A stretch of 64,000 bases of DNA from an uncultured bacterium (GTDB lineage: Bacteria; Oederibacteriota; PGYV01; CAWJRG01). Position numbers and translations under genes: made by a program. The stretch is from assembly GCA_963845185.1 (NCBI GenBank), contig CAWJRG010000005.1, positions 480,001-544,000 of the forward strand. The letters are read 5' to 3'. The notes below the pieces were generated by a model. It saw only the letters and a program-made list of their open reading frames with translations, was not told the origin of the DNA and ran no database searches. This document shows, piece after piece, positions 58,824 to 64,000 of this stretch (positions within the stretch are counted from its first letter, which is position 1; every line of letters begins with the position of its first letter).

Positions 58824-58824
58824 T

Positions 58825-60021
58825 TTACTTTTGAGTCTTTACAACATCGCCGATTTTTATCGGATCTTTTTGCTTAATAACGATGCCCACCGAACTTTTC
58901 TTCATAGAATTAAGAACGACAACCTTGCCCATCTCGTCATAAAAATCATTGTTTTCTTGGTCTTGACTTTTCCTGTATACGGTTAATTTTTCTCCAGGCA
59001 ACAAGCCCTCGTCAAGGCCTTTATCCATATAAACCAAATTTTTATTATTTATTAATTCATTATTTGATGAAACTTTAATAATAAACGCTTCTATATCTAG
59101 ATTTTTTTTCCTGATTTTTCCAGTGAGTTTATTGTAATATTCTTTCAAATCCTTTCTAAATTTTATTTTCAGATTGTTGCGTATGGGTTCGTAACTTTTT
59201 TTAATTTTTACTTTATACACGTTTGCCTGATTATTTTCAGCCCTATCAATTACTTTTGCAACGCCGACAATATTTATCAATTTGCCAAGTGGGGCATCGG
59301 TAAAAGGATCGTTAATATCCTCACCGTCCTTATATATTATAAACTCGCTTCCACTTTTGGACGCCCTCCCTACAGAAATGTTTATATATGCTAGATCCTC
59401 CTGTGACATTAGCTCTTCTCCATTCATTGAATAAATTAAGCCGTCTTCCTTGAAATTATCGCTGATAAAGCCTGCCCTTTCAACCATGATATAGCCGGCT
59501 CTTTCAATTTTTCCTTTTCCTTCCGCCTCAAGGACTATGACTCCGCCGCCGCCTTCCTCCTCAGGCTGTTCAACCGAAAGCATTTCTTCTTTTTCCGGCG
59601 ATATTTCTTGAATTGGTTTCTTGTTGGTTATATATTGCTCCAGCTTTTCTGGTTCAACTTCTCCTGGGGACAATATAATTATGCCTTCTCCTTCGCCTTC
59701 ATTTTCCGTATTTTTCTCAACTATAGCAGGTGTTGCTTCGACAACTGGAGTGCTGACAGTTATAATTACTGTAGCTCCAACGGTTGATTCCGCTTGCTGG
59801 TTTGTTGATATTGCGGTGGGAGTTAAAGCAGATTTTACTTCTGCCTTTTTATCTTTTGCATTTACCGTAGTAGTTTGTTCAGGTTGCACAACAGCTTTAT
59901 TACTATTTGTAGCAATCCCCGTATCGATAAAATCGCTGTCCTGACCATAAATATTTTCACTAAAATACATAAAAATAAAACAAAGGAAAGGAATAGAAAA
60001 AACTTTAAAATATTTTTTCAT
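58825..60021 (-). CDS. Exported protein with low-complexity linker and two FlgT-C/TsaP-C-like beta domains
   Basis: Signal peptide; YINISVG....GSEFIIYK...DPFT...LG and YMDKG..EGL.PG..LTVYR units. Confidence 0.55.
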   Translation of the reverse strand: MKKYFKVFSIPFLCFIFMYFSENIYGQDSDFIDTGIATNSNKAVVQPEQTTTVNAKDKKAEVKSALTPTAISTNQQAESTVGATVIITVSTPVVEATPAIVEKNTENEGEGEGIIILSPGEVEPEKLEQYITNKKPIQEISPEKEEMLSVEQPEEEGGGGVIVLEAEGKGKIERAGYIMVERAGFISDNFKEDGLIYSMNGEELMSQEDLAYINISVGRASKSGSEFIIYKDGEDINDPFTDAPLGKLINIVGVAKVIDRAENNQANVYKVKIKKSYEPIRNNLKIKFRKDLKEYYNKLTGKIRKKNLDIEAFIIKVSSNNELINNKNLVYMDKGLDEGLLPGEKLTVYRKSQDQENNDFYDEMGKVVVLNSMKKSSVGIVIKQKDPIKIGDVVKTQK

Positions 60022-60030
60022 TTATATTCC

Positions 60031-60426
60031 TCAATAAAATGTTTTTAATTCATTCAGCCTGTTTTTAACCTTTTCGGCATACTTGCTGTCCGGGTATTTA
60101 TCTAAAAATTCCTTATATGCTTCTTTTGTAGCCCTTATATCCATTGATGCATCGAGGGTTTTTGCCCGGAGATAATATACCATGTCCAGCATATTTGAAT
60201 TATCGTATGTATCGATGAATTTGTCTATAAGTTCAAAAGACCTTTTATATTTACCTACAAAACTGCAATAAGACGCGTTAAAAAAAAGTATTTTTTCTTT
60301 TTGTTCCTCTTGTTTGATATTTTTGTCGGTATAATTCTCAATAGCTTTGCTTACCGATTCTGCCCCCGTCACAACATAAAGTACTATAGCTATTAAAATT
60401 ACTGCAATTACTAATAATTGTTTCAC
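60031..60426 (-). CDS. Small membrane-anchored TPR (BamD/CpoB-like) protein
   Basis: N-terminal TM; YKEFLDKYPDSKYAEK. Confidence 0.6.
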   Translation of the reverse strand: MKQLLVIAVILIAIVLYVVTGAESVSKAIENYTDKNIKQEEQKEKILFFNASYCSFVGKYKRSFELIDKFIDTYDNSNMLDMVYYLRAKTLDASMDIRATKEAYKEFLDKYPDSKYAEKVKNRLNELKTFY

Positions 60427-60470
60427 TTTTTTACCTATCCTTTTTTAAGGAATATTTATTATTATGATTA

Positions 60471-60499
60471 ATTGTAGCATTTTTAAAATATTTTGTCAA
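60471..60499 (-). promoter_or_regulatory. Sigma70 promoter of the chemosensory operon
   Basis: TTGACA-N17-TACAAT with extended TG. Confidence 0.75.
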
Positions 60500-60869
60500 T
60501 TTTTAAAAGTCTACTGTAATTTTGCTGGTTTTTCTCATTTTTCGGATTTTTTAGTTTAATTAATTAAGAAATCCCTGTTAGTATATGTTATTTCCTTATT
60601 TTAGTATTTGTCTGCCAACTTTGGCAAATTTTGATTCTTCATTACAAATTATATATATTCCTTAACTATTGGTTTTTATCATGCAATTGCTAGCCGCGTA
60701 TTATCACCCAAGCAAGCTAATCTTTTTACCTAAAAACAAATTGCCGCTTAAAATCAAAACTTGAGGTTTGTTATGTGGCTCAATTTTGTATTTTTACTCA
60801 TTAAAAAATCAACTTTTGTTTTAATAATCTTTTCTGTATTAAAGAGAATAAAATCCGAGGAATAAAATC

Positions 60870-60899
60870 TTGACAAACATTATATTTTATTGTTAGAAT
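60870..60899 (+). promoter_or_regulatory. Sigma70 promoter of the divergent sugar operon
   Basis: TTGACA-N18-TAGAAT with extended TG. Confidence 0.7.
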
Positions 60900-60929
60900 A
60901 CCTAAAATTCATTTTCGCGGAGGAAAACA

Positions 60930-61556
60930 GTGAAAAATAATGCATTAATAAGGTTGTTTACTATATTATTGTTAATAACGTTTTTGTTAATAGGCTGCGG
61001 TAATAAAGGCGCCCAATCCTCAAGAACATTAAATGGTTTTATAAATAGTTTTGAAACCCTGCCTTCAGATTCAGCCATAGGTGATTTCGACCTCGAGACA
61101 AACGGATATGTCAATTTAGAGCAGTCTAAAAAATACGCTACCCAGGGCAAATCTTCATGCAAGGCGGTATTTTCAGTGCCAGTTGATTTTGTTTCCACAA
61201 CGCAGGTCGCAAAAATGCAAAGTTGGATCGCCGGCATAACAATGAGCATAAATACTCTTTCCAAGCTTCCTGTTACAGACTGGTCTTTGTTTAAAAAATT
61301 TTCCGTTGATATTAGCAATCCCGATAATGTATCAAAAGATTTCTTTATCAAACTAACGGATATGCAGGGTAAAGAATATATCGCACCTCCTTTCCAACTT
61401 AAGGCAGGTAGAAACAAACTCGAAATAACACTTGAGGATGTTAAGAATGCTAGGCTTGATATTGCAAATATGGTTGCCTTTGAGCTTTATATGGATACTA
61501 AAACCGACCCAAAAGATATCACACTTTACATAGATAACATACATTTAGTGCCTTAA
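60930..61556 (+). CDS. Lipoprotein with probable carbohydrate-binding jelly-roll domain
   Basis: Lipobox LIGC; DWS.F..F..DI.NP and LYIDNIHL motifs. Confidence 0.6.
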   Translation: MKNNALIRLFTILLLITFLLIGCGNKGAQSSRTLNGFINSFETLPSDSAIGDFDLETNGYVNLEQSKKYATQGKSSCKAVFSVPVDFVSTTQVAKMQSWIAGITMSINTLSKLPVTDWSLFKKFSVDISNPDNVSKDFFIKLTDMQGKEYIAPPFQLKAGRNKLEITLEDVKNARLDIANMVAFELYMDTKTDPKDITLYIDNIHLVP

Positions 61557-61564
61557 TTTTCAAT

Positions 61565-62425
61565 ATGAAAACAATATTGGATTTATTAAGAGTCAAGCAG
61601 TGGACAAAAAATCTTCTCATTTATGCCGCCCTTGTATTCACAAAAAATCTTTTTAATGGCCCTTACCTTCTAAAAACAACTATAGGCTTTATTTTGTTGT
61701 GTTTTACTGTAAGCTCGCTCTATATAATTAACGATATAAAAGATTGTAAAGAAGACCGCTACCACCCAGAAAAGAAGAAAAGGCCGATAGCCTCCGGTAA
61801 AATATCAAAAGATACGGCGATTGCAATAAGCATCATGCTGTTGCTTGTTTCTCTGCTTGTTTCCTTTCTTATTGACAGGCCTTTCTTTTTAATAATTCTA
61901 ATCTATGCAATTATGAATATGCTTTATAACATTATACTCAAACATGTCGTCATAATAGATGTATTTATAGTTGCAGCCAACTACGTTCTGCGCGCAGTAT
62001 CAGGGGCTATAATAATAAAAGTTGTTATTTCACCTTGGCTTTTAATCTGCACGTCCCTGCTTGCCTTATTTTTAATACTTGCGAAACGTAGGTACGAACT
62101 GTCGCTAAGGGACGCTGCCCGCCACAGAAAAATCCTTAAGGAATATTCAATACCGTTACTCGATGAAATGATATCTGTAGTGACGTCTTCGACTGTCATC
62201 GCTTATTCGCTTTACACTTTCACTTCGCAGACGGCTTTGAGTCACAACCTTCTTATGCTTACCATCCCTTTTGTTTTATATGGTATATTTCGTTATCTGT
62301 ACCTGATACACAAAAAAAACATGGGCGGAAGCCCCGAGATGGTGCTATTAAAGGATATTCCACTCATTATCGATATAATTTTATACGTAATTACTACAGT
62401 ATTTATAATGTATTATAAAAGATGA
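61565..62425 (+). CDS. UbiA-family decaprenyl-phosphate phosphoribosyltransferase-like protein
   Basis: LRVKQWTKN, YIINDIKD...D..HPEKKKRPIASG, KRRYE, YGIFRY. Confidence 0.88.
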   Translation: MKTILDLLRVKQWTKNLLIYAALVFTKNLFNGPYLLKTTIGFILLCFTVSSLYIINDIKDCKEDRYHPEKKKRPIASGKISKDTAIAISIMLLLVSLLVSFLIDRPFFLIILIYAIMNMLYNIILKHVVIIDVFIVAANYVLRAVSGAIIIKVVISPWLLICTSLLALFLILAKRRYELSLRDAARHRKILKEYSIPLLDEMISVVTSSTVIAYSLYTFTSQTALSHNLLMLTIPFVLYGIFRYLYLIHKKNMGGSPEMVLLKDIPLIIDIILYVITTVFIMYYKR

Positions 62426-63366
62426 TACTTGCAGTAAATATAAATTCCACCCTTGATGTAGTTGTCCCAATAAACAAATTCAAACACGGCGCAGTCCTGC
62501 GCACAAAAAGTATTAATTCATATCCCGGCGGTAAAGCTACAAATGTTGCGCGCGCGCTTGCTGCTCTTGGCGCGGATGTAATTGCAACAGGTTTTACATC
62601 ATATAATGAAACTGGCTTTATGCGCGGTTTTTTGAAAAAGCACAGAGTGGAAAGCGATTTTGTTTCTGTTTCTGGTTCAAACCGCATATGTCTGCTTATC
62701 ACCGAACAAGAAACAAACACGGAAACAATAATAAACAGCGAATCAAATTTTAATATTACCGAAAAGGATATCTCCGTTTTCTTAAAAAAAATAAAAGATT
62801 TGTCAAAGAAAGCCTCTTTTGTCATTTTGTCAGGCAGTTTACCTTTATCTTTGCCTAAAAATTTTTATCAAACAGTCATAAAAGTCTTAGGAAAAAATTC
62901 AAAAATACTGCTTGATACCTCCTCGGAATATCTTTTCCACGGTATCAAGGCGTCACCTTATATAATAAAGCAAAACATTCACGAGCTCGAAAGTGCGTTT
63001 AAAATCAATTTTGGTGCGGACTTTCATTCCTCTGCTGCAAAAAATAGAATAAAAAATTTCATGACTGAATTGTCAAAAAAATATTCTGTCCCTACAATAA
63101 TAGTCACGCTCGACAAAAATGGCTCTTTCATGTTTAACAGGGGCACTTTTGTTTATTGTACAGCAGTTAAGGTTAAGAAAACTATATCCCCTGTCGGCTG
63201 CGGCGATGCTTTTTCCGCAGGCCTTGTGTATGGTTTGTCAAAACCCTGGCCTGTGTCAAAAACAATGAGGCTTGCGGCCTGCTGCGCAGCCGCAAACTTA
63301 TCCTATTTAGGTTCGTGTTTTTTCAAAAAAAAAGACGTACAATTACTTTTTAAGGGGGCAATATGA
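62422..63366 (+). CDS. PfkB-family hexose-phosphate kinase (1-phosphofructokinase-like)
   Basis: PGGKATNVA, LSGSLP, KQNIHEL, PVGCGDAFSAG. Confidence 0.88.
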   Translation: MILAVNINSTLDVVVPINKFKHGAVLRTKSINSYPGGKATNVARALAALGADVIATGFTSYNETGFMRGFLKKHRVESDFVSVSGSNRICLLITEQETNTETIINSESNFNITEKDISVFLKKIKDLSKKASFVILSGSLPLSLPKNFYQTVIKVLGKNSKILLDTSSEYLFHGIKASPYIIKQNIHELESAFKINFGADFHSSAAKNRIKNFMTELSKKYSVPTIIVTLDKNGSFMFNRGTFVYCTAVKVKKTISPVGCGDAFSAGLVYGLSKPWPVSKTMRLAACCAAANLSYLGSCFFKKKDVQLLFKGAI

Positions 63367-64000
63367 AGAGATTAGCAGGCAAAATAGTATTTGTATTTTT
63401 ATTTTTGGCGTTTATTTTTAACATCGCGTTCGCCGTACCTCCGGCTCAATCCGTCACTGTTTTAAAAAAGGTTTTAAATCCCGAACACTGGAGAAGCCAG
63501 GCGCTGGATAATATAATTCCTTTTTGGACGCAGACAATTGACAAAGACAGCGGCGGTTTTTTCACAGACATTAACGAAAACGGTTCTGTCTGGGGCTCTG
63601 GCAACAAATATCCTCGCATGATATCCCGCCTTGTCTTCGGGTTTTGTGCTGCCTATATGCTGTCCGGCGATGGTAAATATCTGGACTTTGCGGCGCACGG
63701 CATGGATTACCTGAAAAATTTCGGCTGGGATAAAAATTACGGCGGATGGTACACCTCCACTGATGAAAACAACGAACCTGATACAACCGAAAAAAATTTA
63801 TTCGATGAGACTTACTGCAACCTTGGCCCGGTGCTTTATTATTTTGTAACTGGCAATAAAGATGCCCTGTCTTATGTGCAAAAAACTCATGAATTAATGC
63901 AAACCAAGGCATGGGATAAGGAATATTCCGGTTATTTTGCACGGGTTGGTGAGCGATGGGAAGACATAACTTCCAACAAATCATTTAACGCCGAAATCGA
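63363..64000 (+). CDS. AGE/cellobiose 2-epimerase family protein with signal peptide (partial, runs off the window)
   Basis: Hand translation: MKRLAGKIVFVFLFLAFIFNIAFA-VPP...IIPFWTQTIDKDSGGFFT...SRLVFGF...WDKNYGGWY. Absent from the ORF track because it has no stop in the window. Confidence 0.8.
   Translation, partial: MKRLAGKIVFVFLFLAFIFNIAFAVPPAQSVTVLKKVLNPEHWRSQALDNIIPFWTQTIDKDSGGFFTDINENGSVWGSGNKYPRMISRLVFGFCAAYMLSGDGKYLDFAAHGMDYLKNFGWDKNYGGWYTSTDENNEPDTTEKNLFDETYCNLGPVLYYFVTGNKDALSYVQKTHELMQTKAWDKEYSGYFARVGERWEDITSNKSFNAEI

Overview
Bacterial chromosome segment, mostly minus-strand genes. A diderm FCB-adjacent lineage such as Ca. Goldbacteria is suggested by the PorV-like barrel, the T9SS-type C-terminal domain and the Thr/Pro-rich secreted proteins; this is inference only. 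(1) 1-15.9 kb is a housekeeping operon: recX-alaS-ruvX-mltG-hypothetical-pilB/gspE-rnr-porV-like-(RsbW/HAMP/PP2C fusion)-hisD-hisC-hisB, with hisB frameshifted. (2) 16005-22770 is an IS21-family element whose right end lies about 4.2 kb beyond istB, so it encloses a NikR-regulated Ni/Co ECF uptake operon as cargo. (3) 22.8-27.1 kb is an accessory patch next to the tmRNA 3' end, with a Kelch lipoprotein, two Bor-like lipoproteins, REPs and tmRNA-T-arm-derived repeats. (4) ssrA-smpB follow a 2973-aa modular Thr-rich surface protein with a structured leader. (5) xerC-topA-dprA. (6) An approximately 18.6-kb single-direction chemosensory operon has CheA/B/R/D, two CheC, two CheY and a sensor-less MCP. 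It also embeds a P-II protein with a rewired T-loop, an MshEN-CheW fusion, an HD-GYP protein, two large TPR proteins and an FtsA-like ATPase with beta-grasp-like repeats. This is the best candidate for an undescribed system. (7) A divergent sugar-related operon: lipoprotein, UbiA-type phosphoribosyltransferase, PfkB kinase and a secreted AGE epimerase (truncated by the window edge).
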